This document shows positions 1-10,260 of a DNA stretch of 64,000 nt, in pieces. Position numbers and translations under genes: made by a program. Within the stretch, counting starts at the first letter, position 1. Each line of letters begins with the position of its first letter. A model generated the notes under the pieces. It was not told where the DNA came from. It did not search any database and was given only the letters and a program-made list of their open reading frames with translations. This DNA is from an uncultured Bdellovibrio sp. (lineage in GTDB: Bacteria > Bdellovibrionota > Bdellovibrionia > Bdellovibrionales > Bdellovibrionaceae): assembly GCA_963932905.1 (NCBI GenBank), contig CAWVRN010000004.1, positions 32,001-96,000 on the forward strand, in the 5' to 3' direction.

Positions 1-1590
1 TACTGGCCATTTTTGCAGTTCAAGGAGAGCTGCTTTGTGCTGATTTCCGGCAAGGTTTGATTGTTCTAGTTTTTGGAATACCTCTGTCATGTTGACTGAC
101 TCTAAAATTAGTTCCTGAGTGCGTTTGAAATCATTATCAGGCATATTTTGTGAGTTACGTTTTATTAATAAACCAGCAACCACGGCAACGGCTTTACCCG
201 AATTATTTTTTTTGTTTGCAAAAAAATCTTCTAAAATTGATTTTCGTTGTTCAATGCTTATCGGACGAGTCATAATAAGCCTACCCAATTGCAGCGAACT
301 TGACTCCATAACATATCGATTAGACGGGTTTACTTTTAACAAACGTCGAATAAAATCATCCTCGTTTTCTAGTGGCGTATTAGAAGCTAGGCTTAGCGTC
401 GACACAAAATCACGATAGGATTGGCTAGCGTTCGCTTCAGAAATCACATTCAACTTATCCGTGGTCATTACGTTCCCTAGGCATGTGGGAATACTTTTTT
501 GGTTATTCAGTGTAGAAACAAACCCTCTAAAGTCGGCTTCATCAAACGATGCACTTTGCTTTTTAAGCTGTGCACAGACATCGACCTCGGAAAAATCGGC
601 TGAAATCATTAGCTGGGCAGCCCGAAAAGACCGTGCCGCGGGAAAGTTTTGCGTTGCGGATTTGATAAAATTTTGAATTTCTTTTTTCTTAGCGGAATTC
701 TCTTTTAAAAATCGGACAAGCTCTTCGTTGAAGATGCGATGCCGAGAAAGATTCAACAATTTCTTTGTTGTTTCATCATTTTCACTGGTCATCAGATCAG
801 TTAGCATATCTTTATGGACATACATTCTGATAAAGTTCTGCGCCGAGTTTTCGGATAAGCCAGAGGTAAAGGCATGAAAATAAGCAATTCGATCCGTGTC
901 AAAATCTCCCCGACAGATTTTACAAAAACTTCTCTTGCTCTCTTCGCTAAAGCTAGACTCCACATGTGCGGTAATCTGTGGACCAAAACAACACACGTCA
1001 CATGTCGCTGCATAATCAACCTTAACGTCACGGTAGTTATAAAAATTATGACTGTGACCATGGGCAATTGTATGCATAAACTCATGGAAAAATATAAATT
1101 TCAGTTGGTCGTCAGTGTGTAGAAATTTTCCGTTTCTAATGTCGTTGGGATTCATAAATACAGTTGGATAGTCATTGTCCCCAACCAAAGTCGCTGCTGC
1201 ATAAGTGTTGTCGTTAAAATTTTTCTTTTTTCTTTCGTCATCGATATCACAACGTAATTTTGCAATGTTCGTTTTGTTGGACAAAAGCTTCAATAAGTTT
1301 TTATAGTGCTCGTCTGCTTTGGGTGTACCCAATTTCTTTAAGCATTTTAGCCCCTGATTCATACTTTCTTCCATTAACCTAACAACTCTCTCGGCCCCAA
1401 TACTACTGAAACATGAATCAGAGATCTGAAAGTTTTTATTTTGAAGCAGAACCCACGTAATCGGTTCTTTCTGTTCTTTAGAAGGAATCAGAGGGGTTAA
1501 TACGTTGAAAGCGCCTTCATGAGACGCACATTCGTAACCGGCCCATGACCAAGAGTTAAAAAAAAGTAGTAACAAAATAATGGAAAGCAC
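1..1590 (-). CDS. Secreted zinc-metalloprotease-like protein, partial (runs off left edge; absent from ORF track)
   Basis: Manual translation: open frame from GTG 1590 (TTG 1635 possible) to base 1 with no stop; signal-like VLSIILLLLFFNSWSWA; HEFMHTIAHGH at 1086-1054 followed by CDVCCF. Confidence 0.8.
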   Translation of the reverse strand, partial: MLSIILLLLFFNSWSWAGYECASHEGAFNVLTPLIPSKEQKEPITWVLLQNKNFQISDSCFSSIGAERVVRLMEESMNQGLKCLKKLGTPKADEHYKNLLKLLSNKTNIAKLRCDIDDERKKKNFNDNTYAAATLVGDNDYPTVFMNPNDIRNGKFLHTDDQLKFIFFHEFMHTIAHGHSHNFYNYRDVKVDYAATCDVCCFGPQITAHVESSFSEESKRSFCKICRGDFDTDRIAYFHAFTSGLSENSAQNFIRMYVHKDMLTDLMTSENDETTKKLLNLSRHRIFNEELVRFLKENSAKKKEIQNFIKSATQNFPAARSFRAAQLMISADFSEVDVCAQLKKQSASFDEADFRGFVSTLNNQKSIPTCLGNVMTTDKLNVISEANASQSYRDFVSTLSLASNTPLENEDDFIRRLLKVNPSNRYVMESSSLQLGRLIMTRPISIEQRKSILEDFFANKKNNSGKAVAVVAGLLIKRNSQNMPDNDFKRTQELILESVNMTEVFQKLEQSNLAGNQHKAALLELQKWPV

Positions 1591-1935
1591 TCTATTTAGA
1601 ATAGCAAATAAGGGTATATCAGCAAGACCAGACAAACCTTAGCCTGGTAACGAAAACTGCTGTCCCCATGTCCTAGAGCTTGGGGCTTTCAATCGCATTA
1701 TTTTAAATCGCGAAATTCATATATCGTTTATTAGGTTTAAACCGTGTTTCCAGGTCAATTTTTTTTCGCTTTTTCATTAGTACTAATGGCAAACAATTGA
1801 TCAATGATTTCAGGGTCAATACGGCTTTGACTGGCATAACGAACCCAAGCCTTCGCTTGATCAGGATACTGGAATCCTAGCGGCTTTTTAATTTAGTACC
1901 GGACGTTTCATATGCTTCATGCTAAGATGAACTAT

Positions 1936-2445
1936 ATGAAACGAAAAACTCAAACAGAAAAATCTATTAAAAACTTACAAAAGCTATCGTTTTCCATTGG
2001 CGATTTTATTAGATACTGAGGGTTTCGGCGTGTACACGGTGCGATTTGGACGCAGCTGTATTTATCAAAGACGCCACTGAGTTGCACCGACCTGACTATA
2101 CGCCTTGATTTATCAAAAGCGCTTATTAGTCCAGCTCTAGAAGAACTTTGCCACTATAAACTCATTACCGAAGCACCAGCACCTAATGAAAAAACAAAAG
2201 TTTACGAAGCCTGTAAAAATATAAATGAAGTCTTTGTGCATGTATTAAAAACCAGAGAAACCAAAATTATCGAACAAATCAACGGCGATTTTTCGTCGTC
2301 AATAGGACAGAAAATGATTCGATTGCTATCGAAAGTGCTAAGCTCAAAAAATTTAAGAGAAATGATTATCTCTACCAATTTAATGTTAGAAATTAAGCTA
2401 GCACAAAAAAATATTCTTAATTTGCCATTCGAACTTGAAAAATAG
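1936..2445 (+). pseudogene. GbsR/MarR-family winged-helix regulator interrupted by in-frame TGA
   Basis: MKRKTQ...IGDFIRY*GFRRVHGAIWTQLYLSKTPLS...LSKALISPALEEL; TGA at 2017-2019 where the family usually has WG; in frame with listed ORF 2236-2445. Confidence 0.75.
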
Positions 2446-2838
2446 CTAAAACGAAAAAATAAAAAACAATTTAATTAAAATTGTTTCCACGGTCTCTCTT
2501 TTTCATTTTCATCTAGTTTATCAATTCCAACACTGTTTTCTGTTCTTGTTTTTGAAGATTGTTTTCCAACACCTCTCATCATCATGCTGGGAACTGCATT
2601 AGCTTCTATTGGCTCAATTGGGGACCTAGGAAAGGCAAAATGCTGTTAATACTAATTATTCATGCATTTTCGTGTTGGTTTATGACAGCTGGTGCATTGG
2701 GCCCGCAGAAATCAGTGGTCCAGTATTCCGCACCGTAAATACTCTTCACCCTCTTAATCACGAAATCTGGCAAATGACCGACCACTGACTGTTAAAGCCA
2801 CTCCCTTCCTTTACATCAGAACCGAGCCGAAGTATCCT

Positions 2839-3228
2839 TTGATGATGAAACTATTTTTACTAAGCTTTGTATTGGTGGCCCAGCCTGTTTTCGTTTTCGC
2901 CTGTAGTTGCAATTTTGGGAACTTGAATAAAGCTCTTAAATATCCGACAGCAGCTGAAAGTGCATTTATTGCGTTGTACAAGGATGGATACTTTGAAGTG
3001 CGTAAGAATTGGAAACCGGTACCGTCGTTGAAATTCAAAACCGAATCTTCATGGCCAGGCCACACAACAAAATGTGACCTAAATTTGGATTCAGGTCAGG
3101 AGTATCTCATAATTTCAACTGAGAAAGCGAAGGAGCCATTTCAGTTAAACATTTGTTCTTCTTCAGCGTTTAAAGTGAGCGAAGCTAAAGAAATCATTTC
3201 CAAACTTAATAAGAGTACTAAAAGATAA
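2839..3228 (+). CDS. Small secreted TIMP/NTR-like protein
   Basis: Signal peptide ending VFA, then CSC; later WK, C-x6-GQEYLI and C-terminal ICS pattern typical of bacterial TIMP-like proteins. Confidence 0.6.
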   Translation: MMMKLFLLSFVLVAQPVFVFACSCNFGNLNKALKYPTAAESAFIALYKDGYFEVRKNWKPVPSLKFKTESSWPGHTTKCDLNLDSGQEYLIISTEKAKEPFQLNICSSSAFKVSEAKEIISKLNKSTKR

Positions 3229-3330
3229 CCCTGCCTGCTCAAATACCATTTTTCTAAATTGCCAACGTGAAATCATAAAACCCAGCGATAAAAAGCTGGA
3301 TTTCATTTTTGTTCCGAATAATTCGGAATT

Positions 3331-3354
3331 AAAAAAGGGAGTCTGTCGACTCCC
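3331..3354 (-). terminator. Intrinsic terminator downstream of HiPIP gene
   Basis: GGGAGTC-tgtc-GACTCCC hairpin with A6 on its left (U tract on minus strand). Confidence 0.7.
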
Positions 3355-3362
3355 CAATTCAA

Positions 3363-3779
3363 CTAGCCTTTCTTAGCCCAAGAATTACAAATTCCTTGGT
3401 CCGCAACCAGCATTTTTTGGAACAAAGAGCACTTGCCAACTGGTTTACCAGCTTTATCGCCTACTTTAGTGTAGAAGCTGCAGTTATTGCAGAAACGTTT
3501 GTCCCAAGGGACACCCTTGTCTGTTTTTTTATCTGTCTTAGGATCTTTGTCTGCATCCGCGTGCGAGTGGTGATACGCTAACGCGTCCGCAGTTCCTTTT
3601 CCTGGCTCTACCATTGGTAGATCCGTTTCTTTAGCTGGTGAATCTGTTTTAGCGCCACGGCGTTTTTCTTGAGCTCCGGCTTGGCTCTTCAACATTTGAA
3701 CGGCTACAACGGCTGCGCCAGTCACTGTTGCCATGTGAGTTAAGAATTCTCTTTTAGACATTTTGCTATTTGTGTTCAT
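3363..3779 (-). CDS. High-potential iron-sulfur protein (HiPIP), Tat-exported
   Basis: CNNCSFY...GKCSLF...GICNSW four-Cys HiPIP signature; N-terminal SKREFL Tat-like motif. Confidence 0.88.
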   Translation of the reverse strand: MNTNSKMSKREFLTHMATVTGAAVVAVQMLKSQAGAQEKRRGAKTDSPAKETDLPMVEPGKGTADALAYHHSHADADKDPKTDKKTDKGVPWDKRFCNNCSFYTKVGDKAGKPVGKCSLFQKMLVADQGICNSWAKKG

Positions 3780-3856
3780 AACGATTTCCTTCCGTTTCGT
3801 GTTCGAATGTTAACAATTTACTTGTTTTCATTTGGTTTTCAATTAAATTTTCACGT

Positions 3857-4564
3857 ATGAGCACAGCAAACCCAAGTCAATTTTGGAATCAGGTGTATCA
3901 ATCTCCTGAGAACAAAAATCCAAACTATCTTCAGTTCTTAAAAAATGCCCCCACGTCCCTATTGGCAGATCATTGGGAGGACCTTAAAAAAGGCAAAACT
4001 CTAGATATCGGTTTTGGCTTAGGCAACGATGCTCTGTTTTTAAGCAAAAAAGGCTTCGACGTTCTTGGGATCGACATCTCCGACACGGCCAAACAAAAAG
4101 CTGAAAAGAACATCTCGGGCCCTGATCAAGTCGTTCAATTCAAAACAGGCGACATCGAGCTTCACCTGTTCGGCTTACTTCAGTACGACACTATTTTAAT
4201 GAATTACTATCGTCCGCAAAATAACCGCCTGTACCAAGAAATCATTAAAAGCTTAAAGTTTGGTGGTACCCTGATGATCGAATCCTATTTGATCGATGAA
4301 GTGAATGAAGTTCTAGGCAAAGAAGATGACTACAAAAACTTCTACTTCAAACACAACGAACTTTTAAAGAACCTTTCTGGCCTGCGCATTCTTTTCTATA
4401 AAGAGGGCATAGTCCAAGGAAAAACCCGAGTTCAGTGTATCGCCCAAAAACCGACGGACAAGGATGTTGAAAAATACAACCTGTTCAATATGGCCGGCGC
4501 CGCCCAAGAGCCAAAAAAATCAGCGCAAATGGAACTGGCTGAATCACTGTTCAAGAAAAAGTAA
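3857..4564 (+). CDS. Class I SAM-dependent methyltransferase (TehB-like)
   Basis: LDIGFGLGND motif I, GIDIS, LKFGG. Confidence 0.85.
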   Translation: MSTANPSQFWNQVYQSPENKNPNYLQFLKNAPTSLLADHWEDLKKGKTLDIGFGLGNDALFLSKKGFDVLGIDISDTAKQKAEKNISGPDQVVQFKTGDIELHLFGLLQYDTILMNYYRPQNNRLYQEIIKSLKFGGTLMIESYLIDEVNEVLGKEDDYKNFYFKHNELLKNLSGLRILFYKEGIVQGKTRVQCIAQKPTDKDVEKYNLFNMAGAAQEPKKSAQMELAESLFKKK

Positions 4565-4659
4565 CAAACTCCCGCTATCTAAATTCTACTTAACCAAATG
4601 GTCTAGATAGTGCTACACAAAGAGCTCGAGCAGGCATTTAAGTAGGACCCTGGGGGATT

Positions 4660-5379
4660 TTGACCGTGTTTGAAACACTGAACCGTCGCGAATTTACACT
4701 TTTAATGAGTTTGGGTTTTGCCCAAGTCCTAACGGGCGCTCCACCCCCAGAAACAAATCAACCCGATTACCTGACGTCTCAATACAACAAGTATGCTAGA
4801 CGATATGGCATAACAGATAAAAAATTTTCGTTTAACGACAAAATATTCGAATTTAAGAAAAAACAGTACGCGATTAACACCGAACGGTTTTGTTTTGTGA
4901 ATTACGACTACCCGGCCGCGAAGCAAAGATTTTTTATTTTCAACAAAGACGCAACAGTACAACTCTCATCCCTAGCTTCCCACGGCATCAACACGGGCAA
5001 TGAAACATCATGCCTATTCTCAAACACGGACAGTAGTTATCAAAGCTCGTTGGGAATTTATGTTACAGGCACTCCCTATGTGGGTAATTTTGGACCATCT
5101 ATTAATCTTCACGGCTTAAGCTATGGCAATAACCTCGCATTTGACCGTCGCATCGTTATTCATGGAGCCGACTACTGCAGCACAGATCATATCGCTAAAT
5201 ATGGCTTCCTAGGGCGTAGTTTGGGTTGCATTGCCTTATCCAAAAAGAATATGATTTCAGCATATCAAATACTAACTCCAGGGACGATTGTGATTGCCAA
5301 ACAAGACACTAAAAAAACACTCACGGAAGCATTGATTCCGCCGACCCAGGAAGAAAAAACAGAAAATCGCCTGCCATGA
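4660..5379 (+). CDS. Murein L,D-transpeptidase catalytic-domain protein (YkuD_2)
   Basis: SHG...FSN...SSLG, IVIHGADY...GRSLGC motif; NRREF Tat-like N-terminus. Confidence 0.85.
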   Translation: MTVFETLNRREFTLLMSLGFAQVLTGAPPPETNQPDYLTSQYNKYARRYGITDKKFSFNDKIFEFKKKQYAINTERFCFVNYDYPAAKQRFFIFNKDATVQLSSLASHGINTGNETSCLFSNTDSSYQSSLGIYVTGTPYVGNFGPSINLHGLSYGNNLAFDRRIVIHGADYCSTDHIAKYGFLGRSLGCIALSKKNMISAYQILTPGTIVIAKQDTKKTLTEALIPPTQEEKTENRLP

Positions 5380-5702
5380 AGTTTTCTATTTATGACCATA
5401 TGATCTTAAATCAACAAAGTATTTCTGTGACGGTTAAACCCGCCTTTACCGCGTACTTCAAGTCTGAATTCGGACTAGACGTTCATATTCACGCAAGCAA
5501 CGTATATCTATTCGCCATCCCTCTGCAAGGGGAATTTACTGAACTATCTGAAGCCCAAAAGAAATTTGTTTTTGAGAAAGAAGTCAGCCTCTATGAGGAG
5601 CAATACGAATTTGATTTCCCTTATGACAAAACCCTGTTTGAACGATTCTTTGAAATCACTTGGCACGGCGTTGTTTATCATGGTGAAATCAAATCACTAT
5701 GA
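5376..5702 (+). CDS. Hypothetical protein
   Basis: 108-aa ORF with ATGA overlaps to both neighbours. Confidence 0.65.
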   Translation: MKFSIYDHMILNQQSISVTVKPAFTAYFKSEFGLDVHIHASNVYLFAIPLQGEFTELSEAQKKFVFEKEVSLYEEQYEFDFPYDKTLFERFFEITWHGVVYHGEIKSL

Positions 5703-6880
5703 AAAGTACATTATTATTTTGCGCCTTATTTTCTTCCGCTGCCTTTGCCATTAATTCACAGTCCTATTTCAAGGATTCTATCACGGCCTACAAAGCTGAT
5801 TTTGAAGGCCGCACAAAATTTTTAATCTCAAACAATAATTTGATTAAAAAAGATATTTCTTCGATAGAATATTTCAACATTGCGGCCAAAGATTTCCAGG
5901 CCAAAATCGACTACGTATTGATACCGTCGCAAATCAAAAAGAATTTAGTTATTATCCAATCAGGAACACATGGTATCGAAGGACTTACCGGCGCAGGAAT
6001 TCAAAATTTCTTGCTTGAATACCTACACGACAAACGATACGCATATACATCGTTCTTATATATTCACCTAATCAATCCTTGGGGAACATTCTACAATCGC
6101 CGAACGAATCCGAACAATGTCGATTTGAATCGTAATTTCGTTGTGACAGAATCTGACTTTGAACAAAAGAACGATGACTACGCTAAAATTAATTCTTTTC
6201 TGAATCCCGAGCAACCCTACGAACATGGTATGTTTAAAAAACTTTCTTTCTATGTCGAGTCTGTAAAGCTAATATTAAGTCATTCCATCGATACATTGCG
6301 ACGTTCTATTTTAAAGGGTCAGTACACTCATCCTAAAGGCATATATTATGGCGGCAATCAATTGCAGCCAGAATTTATAGCATTGAAAAAGATTTGGGAT
6401 CGTGAAGTTCAAGGCTATCAAAAGGTAGTCTACATTGACTTACATACTGGCTACGGAGAAAAAGGCAAACTTCACTTGTTATCGGGGCACTCAAGTTCCG
6501 ATTCGGCCAAGAAGATTTCTGATATGTACGCTCCCACCACAGTAGATTTCGGGAACAACAAGAATTTCTATGAAACCTCGGGCGACATCTTAACTTATTT
6601 TCAAGAAACGCATAAAAAATCCGCCGACATTTACCCTGTCACATTTGAATTTGGGACACTAGATTCACAAACTATCCTAGGATCACTGGATTCACTCTAC
6701 CGAATGGTGGTTGAAAACCAAACATATCAACATAAAGCCGATTCTACAGAATCAGAAAATTATTCAAAGCGCATGTTTAAAGAAATGTTTTATCCGTCTG
6801 ATTTTAATTGGCGCGACAAGGTCCTAGACCAAACTAAAAAAGAAATCGATAAAGTAGTTCGAAAACTAGAAGACCAGTAG
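5699..6880 (+). CDS. Secreted M14-type zinc carboxypeptidase (DUF2817-like)
   Basis: Signal peptide; SGTHGIEG, NPWG...RRTN...DLNRNF, DLHTGYG, FEFGT. Confidence 0.85.
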   Translation: MKSTLLFCALFSSAAFAINSQSYFKDSITAYKADFEGRTKFLISNNNLIKKDISSIEYFNIAAKDFQAKIDYVLIPSQIKKNLVIIQSGTHGIEGLTGAGIQNFLLEYLHDKRYAYTSFLYIHLINPWGTFYNRRTNPNNVDLNRNFVVTESDFEQKNDDYAKINSFLNPEQPYEHGMFKKLSFYVESVKLILSHSIDTLRRSILKGQYTHPKGIYYGGNQLQPEFIALKKIWDREVQGYQKVVYIDLHTGYGEKGKLHLLSGHSSSDSAKKISDMYAPTTVDFGNNKNFYETSGDILTYFQETHKKSADIYPVTFEFGTLDSQTILGSLDSLYRMVVENQTYQHKADSTESENYSKRMFKEMFYPSDFNWRDKVLDQTKKEIDKVVRKLEDQ

Positions 6881-6885
6881 CCAGC

Positions 6886-7749
6886 TTATTTTCCGATCCA
6901 TTCACAGTCTTTAATTATTTTGGTTTTAGGGCAGAACTCATTTTTCATGAAAATCGTTCTTTGCGTCCATTCACCACTCAAATTACACGTGTAACGAACG
7001 CATTGACCAGACTCTTGCACAAAAGCACACGCGCTCAGAACACCATTTGGATTTTTACAGATATATTTACTATTTTCGACAGCGGCTTTTTTAGCCATTT
7101 TCTTTTTCGTTTCGGTCGCCTTCTTTACCGATGCCGTCCATTGATTCGTATCTAGCAAAATCGGTTTATCAATCTTTTGTTTTTCCATTTTTAGCTTTGG
7201 AATTTTACGATCATTTAGCAAAAAATCATACGCTAAATCACCATCTACAGTCTCGGCCTGAATATTTAATCTGGTTCCTTCCTCAGTCGGCATTTCTCGA
7301 TCATCGGAATCAATTTGAATGGATTGAGTTTTAGAAAGCACATCCAGAACCGTGCTTTTGGCTTTTAAATCATGCTCGGCCGCAAAATCTCCGGGTTTAA
7401 TCGTAAACTTAAAAAACGTAGGAATTTGAAAAACTAAATCCGTCTGCGCCTTAATATAAATACGCCCCGACACTAACTGCAAAACGGAGTCATTATAACG
7501 AATTAAGGTGTTTTTAAATACTTTTAAATAGAAATGCCCTGGCAAAAAAATCATGGCCTCAGCATTACCTGTTTCTATTTGACTGAAACGTTCAAACTCC
7601 CAATACGGCGCGGTTTTCAAAGGTGAGCCATTAACCTTGATACCTTTAAACGACGTCGTCGTCATCACCCATGATCCTTCACCAGCGACTACTAAACCGG
7701 CCGTCAACAACAGAACCATGATAATTCGAATCATTTCTCTAGCTCCCAT
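6886..7749 (-). CDS. Secreted hypothetical protein, FecR-like N-terminal region, Cys-rich C-terminus
   Basis: Signal peptide; IETG...LQLVSGRIY pattern; six Cys at C-terminus; start may be 7734. Confidence 0.6.
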   Translation of the reverse strand: MGAREMIRIIMVLLLTAGLVVAGEGSWVMTTTSFKGIKVNGSPLKTAPYWEFERFSQIETGNAEAMIFLPGHFYLKVFKNTLIRYNDSVLQLVSGRIYIKAQTDLVFQIPTFFKFTIKPGDFAAEHDLKAKSTVLDVLSKTQSIQIDSDDREMPTEEGTRLNIQAETVDGDLAYDFLLNDRKIPKLKMEKQKIDKPILLDTNQWTASVKKATETKKKMAKKAAVENSKYICKNPNGVLSACAFVQESGQCVRYTCNLSGEWTQRTIFMKNEFCPKTKIIKDCEWIGK

Positions 7750-8498
7750 AACTTTGCATGCTTCAAAAAAACAGAATAGGCAGATCCAACGGCAATAATA
7801 AAGCCAGGCAATCCATCCATAAATCCACGTTTGTAGAAATAATTTTCAAAAAATTTCACCCAGGGTTTTGTTAGTAGATTGAAGATAGAAAAACGTGATT
7901 TCTTAGACGCAAATAGATTTTGAGCCTGCAGGCTTGAGTACTTGTCGTTCGTGACGACTTGATGACTGATAGAATTAAAAACATAGTGCTGAATTGGATT
8001 TCTAAATTTTGACGTCTGCGGTGCCAGTACTTTTTCATGAATTTCCGCTTCATCCCATTTCGAATGCTGACGGTTAAACAAACGCAATTGATAGTCAGGA
8101 TACCAACCACCGTAGCGAATCCAGCGCCCTAAATAAAATGAAATCCTAGGCAAAAGGTAGCCTGTTTTTGCGTTCAAACTTTCAAATTGCTCTATGATTT
8201 CAGTTTGCAGTTCTGGCGAGAGTCGTTCATCTGCATCCAAACTCAGCACCCAGTCATATCTAGCCAATTCCACAGCTTTGTTTTTTTGCGGTCCAAATCC
8301 AAGCCAGCTTTGCTCGAAAAAACGAGCCCCAACATCCGCCGCAATCTCTTTAGTTTTGTCTTTAGAAAAACTATCTAAGATAACAATATCACTAGCGAAA
8401 GGGACCGAATCAAGGCAGCCTTTCAGGTTCCTTTCTTCATTTAAAGTAATAACCACTAAACTCAGTGGCAGCTTAACTGTGGGGTTAACTGTGGACAT
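7731..8498 (-). CDS. GT2 glycosyltransferase (WaaE/KdtX-like)
   Basis: ITLNEERN, DSFSKD, GFGPQKN, LSLDADE, YPDYQLRLF, GFMDG. Confidence 0.9.
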   Translation of the reverse strand: MSTVNPTVKLPLSLVVITLNEERNLKGCLDSVPFASDIVILDSFSKDKTKEIAADVGARFFEQSWLGFGPQKNKAVELARYDWVLSLDADERLSPELQTEIIEQFESLNAKTGYLLPRISFYLGRWIRYGGWYPDYQLRLFNRQHSKWDEAEIHEKVLAPQTSKFRNPIQHYVFNSISHQVVTNDKYSSLQAQNLFASKKSRFSIFNLLTKPWVKFFENYFYKRGFMDGLPGFIIAVGSAYSVFLKHAKLWELEK

Positions 8499-8589
8499 GA
8501 CATCACTGTCTCAACAGTTATTCAGCTTGTCAAATGCACGGCCAGCTATTTATTCTAGTGAGAGCCTACTTTTAGCCTCAAGGAGCCCT

Positions 8590-9204
8590 ATGAAATACTT
8601 ATTACTTTTGCTTGTTCCTATGATTTCGATGGCCAACTATTTATCAATCGGCGAATCGGGGGAACTGATCCACCCCGGATCGTATCGCGTAGGTGGCTCA
8701 CTTCAATCTTTATCGGCCGGTAACGGCGGTGTTAACGTCGGCGGATTTTTAGATGCTGGCTGGAGAGACGATTTATCAAGTCGCTTTTTGTTTGGTGTTG
8801 GCAGTGTTGAATATCAAATGGGAGCGACCTTGAAGTACATTCCTTTTCCCGATGTTGATAATCAACCCGCGCTGGGTATTCGCAGTGCGCTTTGGCTAAG
8901 CCGCTTTGATGACACCAGCGTAACGACGCTACAGTTCGCACCGATGGCCAGCAAAAAAATCAACGTTCAAAAAGGCAACTTGACCAGTTACGTTGCTGTT
9001 CCGATCAACATTGTAGCGATGAAAAATCATAACGAAACAGGAGCGCAATTTACCGTTGGTGCCGAGTACGACCACCCTGAAATTCAAAATGTATTTTTCG
9101 CAGCCGAGTTACAATTAAATTTAAATAAATCTGAATCCGGCCTATGTTTATTTGCTAGTATTCCTTTTGATAACAAATCTGGCTTCAAAAGACGGACTAA
9201 ATAG
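8590..9204 (+). CDS. Secreted, probable outer-membrane beta-barrel hypothetical protein
   Basis: AGGAG RBS before ATG 8590; signal peptide; amphipathic beta-strand pattern; listed 8194 start overlaps the opposite-strand GT2. Confidence 0.65.
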   Translation: MKYLLLLLVPMISMANYLSIGESGELIHPGSYRVGGSLQSLSAGNGGVNVGGFLDAGWRDDLSSRFLFGVGSVEYQMGATLKYIPFPDVDNQPALGIRSALWLSRFDDTSVTTLQFAPMASKKINVQKGNLTSYVAVPINIVAMKNHNETGAQFTVGAEYDHPEIQNVFFAAELQLNLNKSESGLCLFASIPFDNKSGFKRRTK

Positions 9205-9212
9205 GAGTTTCT

Positions 9213-10250
9213 ATGTTCTCTTGGTTTAAAGACGATTCCACTGCTGCCGATATTTATATCGATCTTGGCACTGCAAATACAGTCATCAGTGTGCGCGGTA
9301 AAGGCGTTGTCGTTAACGAGCCTAGCATCGTTGCTCAAGTAGTTACTAGCAATCAAAAGAAAAAAATCATTGCGGTCGGCAAAGAGGCAAAAGAAATCGC
9401 CGACAAGCAAACTGGAAATATCGTAATTCAAAAGCCAATCAAAGATGGTGTTATCGCTGACTTTGATTCTGCAGAATATTTATTAAAATATTTTTTAAGC
9501 CATCCACGCGTTAAAGTCCACTACTCGTCACCAAGAGTCGTGATCTCGCTTCCTTTTGGTGTTACCGAGGTAGAAAAGAAAGCCGTCGTCACCGCATGTA
9601 AAAAAGCTGGCGCGAAAAAAGTTTTCTTAATCGACGAACCGATGGCAGCGGCCATCGGCGCCGGTTTAAAAATCAAATCACCTGTGGGATCAATGATCGT
9701 AGACATCGGCGGCGGAACAACTGAAGTCGCCGTGATTGCCTTGGCTGATATTGTATACTGCGAAGCAATTCGAGTCGGTGGACATAAAATCGATGCCGAC
9801 ATCGTTCAATACTTCCGTCGTTACAAAAATATCGTGATTCCTGAAACCCAAGCTGAGTTTTTAAAAATTTCCATTGGAACAGCAGTTCCAAAAAAAGATA
9901 TTCAAACTGCCATGATCACCGGCCGCGATGTAGATACGGGCCTGCCGACTTCGATGGAAATCACTTCGGAACAAGTGGGTTTAGCCATGAATGATTCATT
10001 GCAAGAGATCATCAATGCGATTCACAAAGCGCTAGAAAATACACCGCCAGAACTCGTATCTGATATTATCGATCAAGGTATTTGGTTGGCGGGTGGTGGT
10101 GCTTTGATTCGTGATTTTAATTTACGTATTCAAAACGAAATCAGACTGCCCGTAAATATCGCGGACTCTCCCCTAGTAGCCATCGCTAAGGGCGGCGAGA
10201 AAGTTCTGAACGACCCCACGCTACTAGAAAAAATTCAGTTAGAAATATAA
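9213..10250 (+). CDS. mreB: Rod shape-determining actin MreB (stand-alone, no mreCD)
   Basis: IDLGTANT, EPMAAAIGAG, DIGGGTTEVA, LAGGGALI. Confidence 0.95.
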   Translation: MFSWFKDDSTAADIYIDLGTANTVISVRGKGVVVNEPSIVAQVVTSNQKKKIIAVGKEAKEIADKQTGNIVIQKPIKDGVIADFDSAEYLLKYFLSHPRVKVHYSSPRVVISLPFGVTEVEKKAVVTACKKAGAKKVFLIDEPMAAAIGAGLKIKSPVGSMIVDIGGGTTEVAVIALADIVYCEAIRVGGHKIDADIVQYFRRYKNIVIPETQAEFLKISIGTAVPKKDIQTAMITGRDVDTGLPTSMEITSEQVGLAMNDSLQEIINAIHKALENTPPELVSDIIDQGIWLAGGGALIRDFNLRIQNEIRLPVNIADSPLVAIAKGGEKVLNDPTLLEKIQLEI

Positions 10251-10260
10251 ACCGACAAAA

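Noticed and set aside
119..1122. Listed short ORFs 119-418, 461-676, 801-1085, 874-1122
   Set aside because: Shadows of the long minus-strand protease-like ORF that runs off the window
2017..2019. TGA read as Trp (genetic code 4) or as selenocysteine
   Set aside because: Other genes here end in TGA, often in ATGA/GTGA overlaps, and use TGG for Trp; the position is a Trp site, not a Cys site
8194..8589. N-terminal extension of the 336-aa ORF
   Set aside because: Antisense to the GT2 gene; RBS and signal peptide support ATG 8590
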